From Octopus sinensis (taxonomy: Eukaryota): DNA of 64,000 bases. Below, in pieces: positions 1-13,244 of the stretch; the first letter of the stretch is position 1, and each line of letters opens with the position of its first letter. The notes under the pieces are model-generated. The model did not search any database. It was not told the DNA's origin and saw only the letters and a program-made list of their open reading frames with translations. The position numbers were made by a program, and so were the translations under genes. The stretch is from assembly GCF_006345805.1 (NCBI RefSeq), contig NC_042999.1:7812001-7876000 (forward strand), written 5' to 3'.

Positions 1-61
1 ATATATATATACATATATATTATATATATACATATATATATACATATATATATATACATAC

Positions 62-146
<85 letters not shown>

Positions 147-370
147 CATATATATATATACATATATATATATATACATATATATATATACATGTATATA
201 TATATACATATATATATATATACATATATATATATACATAATATATATGTATATATACATATATATATATATAACGGGAAGCTTTATGAAAATAGACACA
301 AGACGAAGGCAGGTGGGAAACAAACAAACAATTGTATTAGTATGGCGCTCAGGAAATATAAATAAAACAA

Positions 371-410
371 GTCTTTAACGTTTCGAGCCTACGCTCTTCA
401 ACAGAAAGAT
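371..410 (-). ncRNA. Minimal type I hammerhead-like motif in Penelope pseudo-LTR
   Basis: Minus strand TCTTT-CTGTTGA-A-GAGC-GTAG-GCTC-GAAAC-GTT-AAAGA: stem I TCTTT/AAAGA, stem II GAGC/GCTC, palindromic ACGT stem III. Core reads CUGUUGA, not CUGAUGA. Confidence 0.55.
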
Positions 411-577
411 ACACAGAGAGAAAAAAACACGAAAGAAGGAGAGAAAAAAAATGCGTGCAGTAACTAACGAATCAACATGGCGATCTGATTTCGGCCAGAG
501 GTCAAAGATCAAACATGAGACGCGAGAGCGAAATAAGGGGAGATAATAGGATTGATAATAGGGTTGAATGACCAGCT

Positions 578-930
578 ATTAGTGCGTAGGAGAGGTCTGG
601 ACGTGTGTATGTATAGGGTTGGTGTATGTATTAGTATGTATTAGTATGTATAAGGGTGTGTGTGTGTGTGTGTGTGTGTATGAGAGAGTATTAGTGCGTA
701 TGATAGGTCTGGACGTGCGTATGTATGGGGTTGGTGTATGTATTAGTATGTATTAGTATGTATTAGTACGTATTAGTATGTATAAGTGTGTGTGTGTGTG
801 TGTATGAGAGAGTATAAGTGCGTATGAGAGGTCTGGACGTGTGTATGTATAGGGTTGGTGTATGTATTAGTATGTATTAGTATGTATTAGTACGTATTAG
901 TATGTATTAGTTGGTGTATGTATTAGTATG
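578..930. repeat. ~120-bp tandem repeat (about 3 copies) in the Penelope 3' region
   Basis: Recurring ...gtgcgta..agaggtctggacgtg(t/c)gtatgtat(a/g)gggttggtgtatgtattagtatgtattag... Confidence 0.8.
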
Positions 931-1332
931 GCACATCATATATGATGTGATGTGTAAAGTCGTGTGGTGTAGTGTGGAGAGAGGAGAAGAGGGGGATGGG
1001 GAGGAGAGGGGGGAAGAGGAGAGGAGGGGCGGGGAAGAGAGGGGGGAAGAGGAGAGGAGGGGCGGGGATGAGGAGGAGAGGAGGGGGAGAGCGGGAGAGA
1101 GAGGAGGGGAGAGGGGGAGTGAGGAGGGGGAGAAGTAAGGGAGGAGGAGGGGGAGGAAGGAGGAAAGAGGGAGAGGGGGAGAGAGAAGGGGAGTGAGGGA
1201 GGAGAGGGAAGGAGGGAGGGAGAAAGAGGGAAGAAGGGAAGGGGAGTAGGGGTGAAAGGATGAAGGACTGAAGAAGTAGGGGTTGAGGGGGAAGGATAGG
1301 TGAGGAGGGGGGTTAGATGAGGAGGGGGGAGA

Positions 1333-1912
1333 GTTGAGACCAAATGGCGTATAAGAGCGAAGAGAGAAGATTAATTCCTGTTCACGGCGCAAACGGGAAT
1401 CCGGATGGCCTCTGTGTAAGGGCAAACCGAACACAGATAGGTGTTGCAAGGAGTGACCGGTGGAGCGGAAATGGCGTGAGACCGGTGTGTCGTTCGCAAG
1501 GTGGATGTCACGAAGGTGTTCCGCGAACCGGTCAGCCAAGCGGCGTCCCGTTTGTCCGATGTACAAGGAATGGCAGAGAGAGCAAGAGACGCAATAGATA
1601 ATATTGCTGGAGGTGCAGGTGAAGGAGTGGATGATGGGATAGGGTCGATGGTGGGTGCTAGTGAGGAGGGTGGTGTTGGAGAGGTAAGGGCAAGTGCGGC
1701 AACGTGGGCGGGAGCAGGGGAACGAGCCGGGTTGGGAGGTAGGGTCAGGGAAGGAGCTATGGACCAAAAGGTCTCGAAGGTTGTGGGCTCGTTTGAAAGA
1801 GGGGAGGGGTCGGTTAGGGAAGAGGTGTGAAGTGGACGGGTCGGACTGGAGATGACGGAAAGCTCGAAGAATGGTGCGTTGGAGACGTAGGGTCGTGGGG
1901 TGGTAAGTGAGG
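1333..1912 (-). pseudogene. Penelope-like ORF C-terminus: RT-thumb linker plus GIY-YIG endonuclease
   Basis: Within ORF 907..1944: PLPSFKRAHNLRDLLVHS...CTSSNIIYCVSCSLCHSLYIGQTGRRLADRFAEH...REQELIFSLRSYTPFGLN. The N-terminal IY run and C-terminal Pro/Ser run derive from simple repeats. Confidence 0.85.
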
Positions 1913-1939
1913 GGATATATATATACATATATATATATA

Positions 1940-2003
<64 letters not shown>

Positions 2004-2940
2004 GCTTTTATAGGTTTCGGCCAGTATAAACCCAAGCCACGTCTAACAGCACTATATATATATATATTTATATATGTGTATATATATGTGTATGTGTATG
2101 TGTGTATGCATATAGCTACAAATGTATGTACGTACATAGATGCATGCAGACAGGCATACACACACATGCATACGTGTTCGTTTGTATGTGTATATATATC
2201 TTTGTATGTATATACGCGTGTGTGTGTGTGTGTATGTGCGCATGTGTGTGTGTGGATGTGTGTGTTTCTCAATGTTAGCTTTATTAAATTATATTTGTAA
2301 AAATAACATTTACTGACTATTAGTGTTGTCAAATGAATGTGACGCATTGGTTGACTGGGACATCGAGTTTAGCCATTCGCTCTTTATTCCATCTGCGATC
2401 GATAAAGAGAAATGGTTGTCTATTTATATGAGAAAATTTGATCCATAAAAGACATATTAAAGATTTTGGTAGATATTTTTTGCAATCATATAATTTAAAA
2501 TTTTAAGAATATCAGGAAAGATATTAAAAGGGGAAAAAATGGGAGAGAGTAACAAAAATTGGAAGAGTGGAAAAAAAAAAGAGTGGAGGCATAAGAAGAC
2601 TAAAGAGGGAGTAAAAGAGGGTTGAGGAAGGAGGAAAAGAAGGGGAGAAATTAGAAAGGGAAGAAAAATAGAGAAAAACGATGGGAAGAAAGGGAAAAAA
2701 AGGAAAAAGTGAAAGGGGGAAAAGGTGAACTGGAGGGGAAATAGTGTAGAAAAAGAAAAGCTTCTTGGAAAGTAATGAAGATGGAAATCGTGGTTCTCCA
2801 CGGTTTATGGTTTATGGACCCCTTGGTTCCAGTTATATTTTGAATGACCCTTATGTTAAAAAGGATCCCTATTATATTTTTACAATTAGGAATTATCAGG
2901 AATTGTAAAAAAGAATAAATATTTTGTGCATTGTATATAG

Positions 2941-3822
2941 TTCCGGGTTCAGTCCTACTGCGTGGTATCTTGAGGAAGGGTCTCCTACTATAGTCTCGGG
3001 CCAACAAAAGCCCTGTGAGTGGATTTGGCAGACGGAAACTGAAAGAAGACTGTCGATTCGATCAACGCCGGTATGCAACTGGTACTTAATTTATCGATCC
3101 CAAAAGATGAAAGGCTTAGTCAATCTCAGCGGAATTTGAACTTAGAACGTAAAGACAGAGGAAGTACCTATTTCTTTATTACCCACAAGGGGCTAAACAT
3201 AGAAGGGACAAACAAGGACAGACAAAGACAGTAAGTCGATTAGATCGACACCAGTGCGTAACTGTTACTTAATTTATCGACCCCGAAAGGATGAATGGCA
3301 AAGTCGATCTCGGCGGAATTTGAACCCAGAACTTAAAGACAGACGAAATACCTATTTCTATTTCTTTACTACCCACAAGGGGCTAAACATAGAGGGAGGG
3401 GACAAACATGTACAGGCAAACGGATTAAGTCGATTACATCGACCCAAGTGCGTCACTGGTACTTACTTTATAGATCCCGAAAGGATGAAAGGCAAAGTCG
3501 ACCTCGGTGTAATTTGAACTCAGAACGCAGCGGCGGACGAAATACCACAAAGCATTTCGTCCGGCGTGCTAACGTTTCTGCCAGCTCGCCGCCTTATATG
3601 TGTATGTATTCATGTGTGTTTGTCCTCCCACTATCGCTTGAGAACCGACATTGGTGTGTTAATGTCCCCGTAACTTAGCGGCTCAGTTAAAGAATCCGAT
3701 AGAATAAGTAACAAGCTTACAAAGACTAAGTCCTGAGGGTCGATTTGTTCAACTAAAACTTTTCAAGGCAGTGCTCCAGCATGGCAGCTGTCAAATAACT
3801 GAAACAAGCAAAAGAATAAAAG
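2941..3822 (+). mobile_element. tRNA-derived SINE family S3, interrupted by an S2 insertion
   Basis: Head gggttcagtcctactgcgtgg...gacggaaactgaaagaag (2941-3050) and tail cgcttgagaaccgac...gtgctccagcatggc...actgaaacaag (3625-3822), as in copies at 33.1-33.5, 48.9-49.4 and 62.7-63.5 kb. Confidence 0.7.
3065..3593 (-). mobile_element. SINE family S2, three tandem core units
   Basis: Head ggcggcgagctggcagaaacgttagcacgccgg; core with B-box-like gagttcaaattcc and a ctttcatcctttcggggtc-type domain (resembles the Meta-SINE domain, from memory); core and tail repeated. Confidence 0.8.
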
Positions 3823-3849
3823 AATATTATATTTTCATAAATACCTGAG

Positions 3850-4318
3850 GTACTCGGTAAAAAGGTTACCCTTAATAAGATGTCTGTTGGTAGCCATGAA
3901 ACAATTTTCGTCAAATTTCGGCATTTTTCGAAAATTTTAAATCTATATTAATGGGTTGGACCGATTTGACAAAAACATGAGCAGAGTCTGGTAGCGAACC
4001 CGTGTCGTCGTCGTTTCTGTGCATGTACGTAAAATAGCGAAATTTTACGCTTTGGGGCATATTTCGTCAAATTGACGTCACGATGTCTAAGTGCGAAAAA
4101 TGCCGAAATTTTACGATGTTTGAAAAATCGATGCTGATTAAAAATCGGTTTTTTAAAGAATTGCAAGTGCGTAAGTGACCGCATGGACATAAGACCCCTC
4201 CCCACACATGTCAAGTTTCATCAAGGTCCGTTGGATAGTCTAGGGGTGGGGGGGGGGTTAAAGTAACAAATTCACAAACACACAAACTTGCCATTTATTA
4301 TTATAGATTAGATTATAA
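3850..4318 (+). mobile_element. Possible non-autonomous Helentron/HINE (DINE-1-like) element
   Basis: Ends in aagtttcatcaaggtccg...acaaattcacaaacacacaaacttgccatttattattatagat, resembling HINE 3' termini; 5' end uncertain. Confidence 0.4.
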
Positions 4319-4867
4319 TTAGGGATTGTAAAAAAAAATTTAATATTTTGTGCATTCTAGAAATAAAACCAATTTATTGCAGATAAATTTTTACAGCAAA
4401 CTCTTATAAGGGCCCCAAGGGTCGTATGTGCCCTGATTGTGATGCATTGGTGTAGAGGATCAAACCTGAATAGCAGCAGCTCATTTGTGAACGGGTTGGT
4501 GGGCCATTACTTTTACAGATGAACTTTCGAATAACAATAGAATTGAGGGAAAATGAACAAAATTTTGTGTATATGCCATACGCGCACACACACACACACA
4601 TACATTCACATACACACACATTCACACACACACACACACTCACACACACAGACATTCACAGACATCCAGTAAGAATTAAACCCAGGTTCACATGACTGAA
4701 AGTTTCGCGGGCGCGTGGAACACATCTATATATCATCAGATCGTTCTAATATCAAACCGTTATTGAAAGATATATAAGGAATATATAACGGCCATCAGGT
4801 GTGTTGTGTGCATTTTCTTTCATTTCTTCACTCACTCGTATATGGATGCATGTATGTATGTGTATAT

Positions 4868-4981
4868 ATATATATGAAAGAAGGTTTGAAAATGCAATTT
4901 TAAAAGGTGTTTATTCACTTGACCGGTCAAGTGAATAAACACCTTTTAAAATTGCATTTTCAAACCTTCTTTCATATATAT
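4868..4981. repeat. Perfect 114-bp spacerless palindrome
   Basis: Arms are exact reverse complements centred on gacc|ggtc (4924/4925). Confidence 0.95.
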
Positions 4982-5016
4982 TTCCACTCGTGCGGTATCT
5001 TACAACTTCACTTTGT

Positions 5017-5052
<36 letters not shown>

Positions 5053-5096
5053 ATATATATAATATATATATATATGTATATATATACATACATGCT

Positions 5097-5427
5097 AAGA
5101 CCCCCTTCGGTCATGACTGATCATAGGATTGCAATAGAAAGTTACCTTCCCAGGCACAAGTCCGGACAAGGTTATTTATGGAAGACCAGCAGTTGACCAT
5201 GCATACCGGCCTCGTCTCCCCACGCCACCAATGTTATACTAAGGAAAGGCAAAGGGGCCGATACAGTTTGGACCAGTGACATTGCAACTCATTTCTAGAG
5301 CTGAGTGAACTGGACCAACGTGAAAGAAAGTGTCTTGCTCAAGAACACAACACGCAGCCTGGTCCGGGATTCGAACTGACCACCTCACGATCGTAGGCTC
5401 GACGCTCTAACCACTGAGCCATGCGCC

Positions 5428-5431
<4 letters not shown>
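5097..5431 (-). mobile_element. tRNA-derived SINE family S4
   Basis: Minus strand gtgaaggcgcatggctcagtggttagagcg (A box)...cagttcgaatcccgg (B box)...gttcttgagcaagacactt...; diverged copies at 25212-25450 (+) and 63525-63790 (-). Confidence 0.75.
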
Positions 5432-5468
<37 letters not shown>

Positions 5469-5747
5469 TCGTGATTTCTCATATACCAGGTCAAGTGCTC
5501 AGAGCCCACAGATTGCTTGGAGACAGAAGGCGTGTTATCAAAGCTTGCCTAGGCACGTGTCTTCATAGCAAGAAACTATTAGCAGCTCGTATCTTTATGA
5601 TGTGCACATTATCTCTAATGTTTATCTTTCACGGGATAGAGTACATTTTGTTGATCTTGCCTTAACGGTAACAGTAAACTTTACACACACACACACACAC
5701 GTACACACACCCACACACATGTGTGTGTATTTATATATGACCAAAGT

Positions 5748-6131
5748 GTGGAGGCGCAATGGCCCAGTGGTTAGGGCAGCGGACTCGCGGTCATAGGATC
5801 GCGGTTTCGATTCCCAGACCGGGTGTTGTGTGTGTTTATTGAGCGAAAACACCTAAAGCTCCACGAGGCTTCGGCAGGGGATGGTGGTGATCCCTGCTGT
5901 ACTCTTTCACCACAATTTCCTCTCACTCTTACTTCCTGTTTCTGTTGTACCTGTATTTCAAAGGGCCGGCCTTGTCACTCTCTGTGTCACGCTGAATATC
6001 CCCGAGAACTACGTTAAGGGTACACGTGTCAGTGGAGTGCTCAGCCACTTACACGTTAATTTCACGAGCAGGCTGTTCCGTTGATTCGGATCAACCGGAA
6101 CCCTGGTCGTCGTAACCGACGGAGTGCTTCC
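5748..6131 (+). mobile_element. tRNA-derived SINE family S1 with 13-bp TSD
   Basis: A box tggcccagtggtt, B box ggtttcgattccc; TSD atatgaccaaagt at 5735-5747 and 6132-6144. Confidence 0.9.
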
Positions 6132-6730
6132 ATATGACCAAAGTATATATTTATTATGCAGTTTAATGAGAGATGAATTAAAAGTGTTTTGTCTCTGTTG
6201 ATATATGTGTATTAGTAAATCTTTTCGTGTGAGGGTATGAAGCGTTTATGACTTAGAATAGTAACAAATTAATGGCAAAAAAGAATCATATCCAAATTTC
6301 TATCAAATTTAGAACCGATTTCTTTTCCTAAGAGAAATCCATAAATACTTAATCCTCGTCTTAAAGCTCGATAATCTTCTCCTTTAAACTTAACTGGTTT
6401 TGTCAGGGGGTGCAGATTGCTACTTTATTCGCAAAGCATATATACGTATATAAATGCATACATACATACATACGTACGTACACACAGATGCATACATACT
6501 TGCGTACATACCTACATATACACAGATCTATACATAAATATATGCATACGTGTACATGCATAAATACACACACATACACACATACATATATACACAGATA
6601 CCCAGATATATACATGCATGCATACACACATACATAAACACATTCATGGATGCATACATGTATACATACATACATACATACATACAAATGTATACATAAA
6701 TATATACATACAAACGTACGTAATAGATAT

Positions 6731-6865
<135 letters not shown>

Positions 6866-7163
6866 AGTTTTTATTGTAGCCACACAGGGCTAAACACAGA
6901 ATAAAAATGGACGAAATACAATGTAGAATTTTTTCTTTTCGAGGTGGGATGGGTGGGGCAAGAAAAAAAAAAAAACGTTTGATCAATAGGGATCTGTGGG
7001 TTGTGTGGTGTGTAAAAAAGCAATATATATATATAATAAGGTTCACAGTTTAGGTGTAGCCTTGAAAGAAAAAAAAACCTACAAAAAAGACCAAGGTCAC
7101 CTCAGGCAATTCGAAAAAGAACACATGAGTAAGAGTCGCCTTACTTCTCGTTGTCTCTTTTGG

Positions 7164-10100
7164 TTACAGATTTATGCTTAAAATAGTGTCGTCTTTCATA
7201 CTGACCATTTTTGCCACTTTTACCCACTTTTTATTAAAACATTCGTTCGACAAAGCCTTCCTCTCTATTCTCATCCTCCTTTTCAAGTGGTACTTGAAAA
7301 AGTTGACGAGAGACTGACCAGAGAGGAAGATGTTTGTTTGCAGTCCTTTCAAACGCGTCCACCACCACACATTCTTTCTTTCGCCATAGCCATCAGCGTA
7401 ACGAAAACCGTTTTCCCTTCCGTTTAAAGGAAGGTGGTGGAACAATATTCACGATAGACTCGGCCGATAGGCGAGCCTGACCTACACGTGACAACAGCTG
7501 TTCGACGAAGACCACAGCTCTGAAATATCTGGACACTGCACGAGTGCGTGCAGAACGGTTTCGTCGCTCTGACCCCATCTCGGGCAGGTCGGTCCGGTGA
7601 TGGTTTTCGAACCGTGTCTGTAGCTCTTCTCTCGAACAGGTAGTGCGTCTCGATAGCACTGCCAAGCCAGGGATTTCTGGAAGTTATCCATAGGCCCCGG
7701 CCCGAACGTCGTCCTGAACAGGCGGGTTAGGAATTCCTCGTCGACGCCCAGGTTTGCCCCGAGTGTGTCGTCGGACCTCCCCTCCACTAGTCCTCTATAG
7801 AACGCTTTAGTCGTTTGGAAGTTGCACAAGTTTGACCCCGGTCGGCAGAGCTGCTGTAGAGCTTGGCGACACTCTCGGTGCCAATCGCCCAGTTTCGGTC
7901 TCTTTTTGATCCACGTTTGCAGTTCGGTCAGTGAGACGAGCTGCGGGAAGTCGCGCCTCACAAACGGCGCCCACCCTGTTCACCGTCGTCGATGAATTTC
8001 CAGAGATGTCGCAGTCTCAGCGCATGCCTGCGCATCATCAGCCACGGCATGCCCAGTCCTCCATTCAACGGATGTTGACAGCAATGGACTTCCTCACCAT
8101 CGGAACGCCACCCTTCCACAGGAAGCGGAAGAGTATGCGTTCCAGTTTGGTGATGGTGGCGTCGGGACAAGGTACGACGGTCAGGCGTAATCGATGACGG
8201 ATGCGATGTACGCGTTCGCCACCTCCGCCCGGCCTTTTAGAGACAGCTTTCTCTCTGCCCCCATGTTTGGCTGAGAGCGACCACTCTACTCGTGATCTCG
8301 TCCCAGTTCTTATCCATTTGGAGGTCCGGACTGAACCAGACCCCGAGCAATTTAACCGGTCCGTCCGTCCAGCGTCCCACTACTGAGCCGCAGTCGGACG
8401 GCATGGGCTTGCTTCTCCAGGTGCCGAGTAGCAAACCCACTGTCTTTTCCGGGTTAATCTTTGCTCCCGTCACCGTTTCATATTTTCTTAGTGTCTCGCC
8501 GACCAGTTCGATGTGCTGGTAGCTCGACACTATGACGGTGACATCGTCCGCATATGCCGACACGCTCGTCCCGCAACCCAGTTCCCGTGGGATGCCCCCT
8601 CAGTGTCGCCAGCTTCCGCAGTAGCGGCTCGAGAGTCAATACATACAGAAGCGCCGACAGGGGACACCCCTGACGGACCGAACGCGTGATGTCAAACGGT
8701 TTCGACAGGTGACCGTTCACCCGAATCACCGATCGGATGCCGCTATACAAGGCACGATCCAACCGCGGAAGACGGGACCGAAGCCAGCCGCCCTGAGGAC
8801 GGCCGCCAAGTACCGATGGTCGACCCTATCGAAGGCTTTAGACTGATCCAAATTTATCAGCGCCCCACCCATGCCAGGATCCTTAACTACCCTGTCCACA
8901 ATGTAGCGCATCAGATGGAGGTTGTCATGTATGGTTCTGCCCGGCACGGCGCGTTTGCGCCCCTGTCGACCAGTTTTACCAATGACAAGCGCCAACCTCT
9001 CGGCTATTACTTTGGCCAAAATTTTCAAATCTGCGTTGAGCAGAGTGATGGGCCTGAAATTATCTATAAATTTCCCCTTGTTTGAGTCTTTCTCAGCAAC
9101 GTCACTGCACGTCGGCTCACGAAACCGGGGATTCTCCCGTTTTGTTGCCAGTTGCAGTAGACTGATGCCAAGAGGTCGCCAAACAAGTCTGGCATTCGAC
9201 AATACAGCTCGTAGGGTAAACCATCCAATCCAGGCGACTTATCCCTCGCGCAGCCCGCCATCGCATCCCACACGTCAGCAGCTGTGATGGGACTTTCACA
9301 ACACTCCGCCTCTCTTGCCGATAGCCGCGGTAGGTCGGTCAGGTAGGCACTAAAATCCATCCCTCGTTCCGACCCACCACTCGCACCAAACAGTCGAGCA
9401 AAGTGCTGTTGAAAGGCCTCACACATCCTTTCGGGTTCGAGTAAACTGCATCCCTGTTGATCTATTAGAGACCGAATGGTTGATCTGTTGCCACGCTGCG
9501 CCTCCGCTACCCGGGCCTCTCGCGCAGCTTCAATCCCTTCGTTCCTTAAGGCACGCATTTTAGCTCTGACGACGCAACCTTCGTGCTTGGCGTTGAGGTA
9601 TTGGTCGAGGGCCATCCTCGCAGCTAGCACGTTAGTTGCGCTGCCAGTGGTAAGTGCCTCTTCTAGTTTCTTAACTAAGTCTCCCTCTACTCTATTTCGT
9701 TCTATCGCTAATTCCTTGCTAAACCTAATTGATTCCGATTTTATTGCCATTTTCAGGGCGTACCACCAGCGGTTGTTAACGACCGCTCCCGTCAGCGCCC
9801 TCTTAATTAACTCGCTAATCCGGTTCCTGTAAACCTGTCGCGCTAACAGCGACGTGTTCAGTTTCCAGTAACCGGACCCTGCCTATGTGTTTTATCTAAG
9901 TCGAGCGTACACGTAACAAATTTGTGATCTGTGTAGCTGACTATTTTAAATTGTGGACATCCTACACTATCCCTATCTGCTGTCCTGCATAGAATTCTAT
10001 CTAGATAAGATCTCGACGATCCGACGCGGTTTGTCCAAGTCCACGTTGGCACGTTCGGATGGTCGAGTCGGAACCTGTCAGACAAATGGAAACGTCTGAG

Positions 10101-10617
10101 CAGGTCTTTGAGGCTCTTACACCCCCCTTCTATTCCTATCCCTTCCCACATAATCTAGATGCGTGTCCAAGGTAGCGTTCCAATCCCCTACTAACAGTAA
10201 AGTCTAGACGTACCCAGGAAAACCTCTAGACGTCTGAAGAAATCCGCCCGACCCGTTAAGGACGGTGCATAAACTGCCATCAGACGGAATGCACACCCAT
10301 TTCTTCCATCCTGCCATCCCGTCCAAGACAACCGCCTACCCTCCGGTCTAGGAATATTGCTCTTACTTTTACTTTAGACTCTTTCGAAAAAGCACCGCAG
10401 TACCTCCACCACCCATGTTCGGCAGACAGGGAGAAAAATAAATGTCAAATTGATTGCCAAACATGGACTCGAGGGCCCGCGGCTTACTGAGTCTGGTTTC
10501 ACTGATAGCTACTATATCCACGTCCAGTGACTTGATGTCGTTTAGAAGGTAACCTTGCTTCCAAGCCGACGCCAAGCCACGCGCATTCACACAACCTAAT
10601 TTAAGCATACTTGACAT
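7164..10617 (-). pseudogene. ORF2 of copy A (APE endonuclease, reverse transcriptase, C-terminal Zn finger), frameshifted
   Basis: Fragments LGCVNARG...AISETRL; SYLDRIL...YTDHK; KSPGLDGLPYE; NFRPITLLNADLKIL; LDQSKAFDRVDH; RQGCPLS; SAYADD; KLLGVWF. Confidence 0.9.
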
Positions 10618-10686
10618 TTACGAAAATTGTGTTTTACACACTATATTAGAAGAGACAAGAGGCAAGAAGTGAGTCACTTACTCATT

Positions 10687-12289
10687 TTAAAGTTTCATTT
10701 TTTCTTCTTCTTCTTTTGTATCGTTTTTGATGAGGTGTTTGTATAGTTTTTTCGACAGGTATCGTTGATACCCCCTACCGCATTCGGAAATAATGTTTTC
10801 AGTATGTGGTGTTGTGCTTGTGTTATGTGTAAAATTCTGATGTGTTTTCGGTGGGTGTGTGCGGATGATTGTTTGTCTTAAAATCATCTTCACAGACGAC
10901 CATGTTAGATTTGATGTAGTCCATTAATTCTTTATTGTCTGTGTCTATTGCAGTTAGTTGTGTGTGTGGTTTTACGGGTTCATTACTTTTTTGATTGTCT
11001 AGGGGAATGTTGTCCTGAGTGAGATATCTCCCTGCTTTAATTCCTTGTTTGGTGGATTTTTTGGATCTTTTTCTTTTACCCCCTTTGGCTATTTGCCATT
11101 CCGTCGAACTTTCGTCGTCCGAGGTCAGCAGGGGTAGAGGAAAAAGAACAGGATCACTATGTATGCTTGTATAAATTGTTGATGTTTTGTGCGGTGTTTG
11201 TGTTGTTGTGGTTTAGGGGTAGCATTTGTCTTCTCGTCAGTGTTTTCTGTCTTTTTAATGTCGTCCTGGGTGTGGGGTGTGGGTCGATTTTTTGAAGATT
11301 CAACAAGTTTAATTGGTTGTGACGTCAACGGTGATTGTGTTGTACTGTTTTTCTTGGTGATGTTGTTGGGGTTTGTTTGCTGGTTTGTTGTTTTTCTTGG
11401 CGTTGTTCCATAATTGAGTGTGTTGGTGTTGGTGTTGGCAACAAGGGATTTTATTTGTTTTCTGAATTGTTCTTTCTTGTTTTTTCTGTACCAGATCGCA
11501 CTTGGCAATCAAATGTTCGGGGCTGCCACATTTGTAGCATCTAGGCTTTGCCTTCTTCTGCCATAACATATAGGCATTGCCCATTCTCCAAGTATATCTT
11601 GTCGGGTAGGCTCTCGATAGAGGCCCCCTCAATCTGGATGGTCCACAACTACTGTTTTTCCACCCCAATTGTCGTTTAGGTACACGGCTGTTTCTAGAAT
11701 ATTGATCTTTTTCAAGTGGTAACAGATTGCCCCTGTTATCCATTTGTTCGGCATATCGGGGTACATTTCTGATAGTAATTCTACTCACCCTCTGGTTTTT
11801 ATAATAAGGGACCATGATGATTTCATCATTTCCCAGAGACTCAGTAGAGTGAGCTTTTGCCACTTCCTGGTTAGGGAAGCGGACCACTACTGTGTTAAAC
11901 TGGGGACCCCAGTTTATATACTCTTTTTCTTTCATTATGTTTTTTAAACATTTCTCCACATCAGTTTTTGTAATCTGTTCATTTGGTTTTTTGTTTTTTT
12001 CTAATAATTTTATATACAATTGTCTTATTTTCAATTCTTGTTTTATATCTTGAGGTGTATGCAGGACTAAATCTTGTCCACGGGTTGTAAAGAGAGCTCT
12101 TGTTTCTATGAGCTCTTCATTTGTGAATGTAACAATCTCCTTTTTCTGGCGAAGAATATCTGCGAAATTTACTGTTGTTGACTTTTTTGTATTAACATCT
12201 TCACTATTAGATAGTTCATTTTTTATTGTTGTTCTTGTTGTTGCTGTTGTTTTTGTCAATAGTTTTCGTTTCAGTTTTATTTTTATCAT
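10687..12289 (-). pseudogene. ORF1 of copy A (gag-like, CCHC zinc knuckle), frameshifted
   Basis: ORF 11309..12289 contains PRCYKCGSPEHLIAKC (C-X2-C-X4-H-X4-C); continues in 10687..10893 up to the ORF2 spacer. Confidence 0.8.
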
Positions 12290-12763
12290 TTATGTTGTAG
12301 TCGTGTAGTGGTGGTGGTGGTGGTGGGTGGAGGTGGTGGTGGTAGCAGTTGTTGTCTCGTGGTTGCTGTTGTTAGTGGTGGTGTGGCGGTGGTGGCAGGC
12401 TGTTAACGCACGTGGTTGCAGCGTTCCTTTCACCGAATTTCACGTTTGCATTTTCCCGTGCGAACGTTCCTTTTTTTTTCTCTGTTCGTTTTCCAGACTA
12501 GAAAATGTTGTTCCAAAAAAGAACGCGACCAGCGTTCAACAATAAAATTTCTAGAGACATTTTCTAATGTCGAGAAGAAAATAACAGAAAGAAATGGGGT
12601 CGAAACTGCTCTGCCCCTAGGGGCGAATTCCTCCCTTGGAAAAGCACTCAAATGAAAGTTGGTTCCTTACAACCCTTATTTGCAAAAATCTACACAAAAA
12701 TTGGCCTATAAATATCAAAATAATGATTACCTTCGGAGCTGAAAAACGACATCACATCCGTCA

Positions 12764-12845
<82 letters not shown>
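12764..12845. repeat. (GATA)n between copies A and B
   Basis: gata run. Confidence 0.95.
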
Positions 12846-13244
12846 TGTTTCTTTATTAGCCACACAGGGCTGCACACAGATAGAACAAATTACAAGGTAG
12901 AGCTTTTCTTTTGAAGGTATAAAAAAAAAAAAAAAAAAAAAAAAAGGAAGGGGGAGTTCGATCAAAAGGGATCGTAAAAGGAGAGAAAGAGGACAAAAAT
13001 AAGGGGGTAAAAAAAAAAAAAAAAAAAAAAGGGGGGGGGAGAGGAAAAAAAATGATCAATAGGGATCGTTATCACAGAAATGTCAATATGAAGTGTAAAG
13101 GGGAGGACAGGTGAGGTTTACCCGTGGAAAGAAAAGCCTGCGGAAAAGACCACGGTAACCTCGGTCAATGAAGTCACATTTTATATTTCTTTTTTTTTTT
13201 TTTTTTTTTGCAAATAAGCAACTCTCTGTTTTCGATTTCTGGGT

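Larger units (their letters stand above)
273..1912 (-). mobile_element. 5'-truncated Penelope-like element (Neptune-like) with 3' pseudo-LTR, set in (TA)n
   Basis: Minus-strand GIY-YIG domain preceded by a Cys linker (CSRPRCRTCP), then a low-complexity 3' region and a terminal segment with a hammerhead-like motif; both ends abut (TA)n. Confidence 0.8.
6866..12763 (-). mobile_element. Full-length Tx1/L1-clade non-LTR retrotransposon, copy A (subfamily 1)
   Basis: 5'UTR, ORF1 with CCHC knuckle, short spacer, ORF2 (APE-RT-CCHC), 3'UTR ending ...agccctgtgtggctacaataaaaac; (GATA)n on both sides. Confidence 0.9.

Noticed and set aside
4694-4742. Minus-strand CTGATGA...GAAAC hammerhead candidate
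   Set aside because: Stem I is only 2 bp and there is no credible stem II.
5748-5830. tRNA genes (also the other SINE heads)
   Set aside because: A and B boxes are present but continue into SINE bodies, some with TSDs; no complete cloverleaf.
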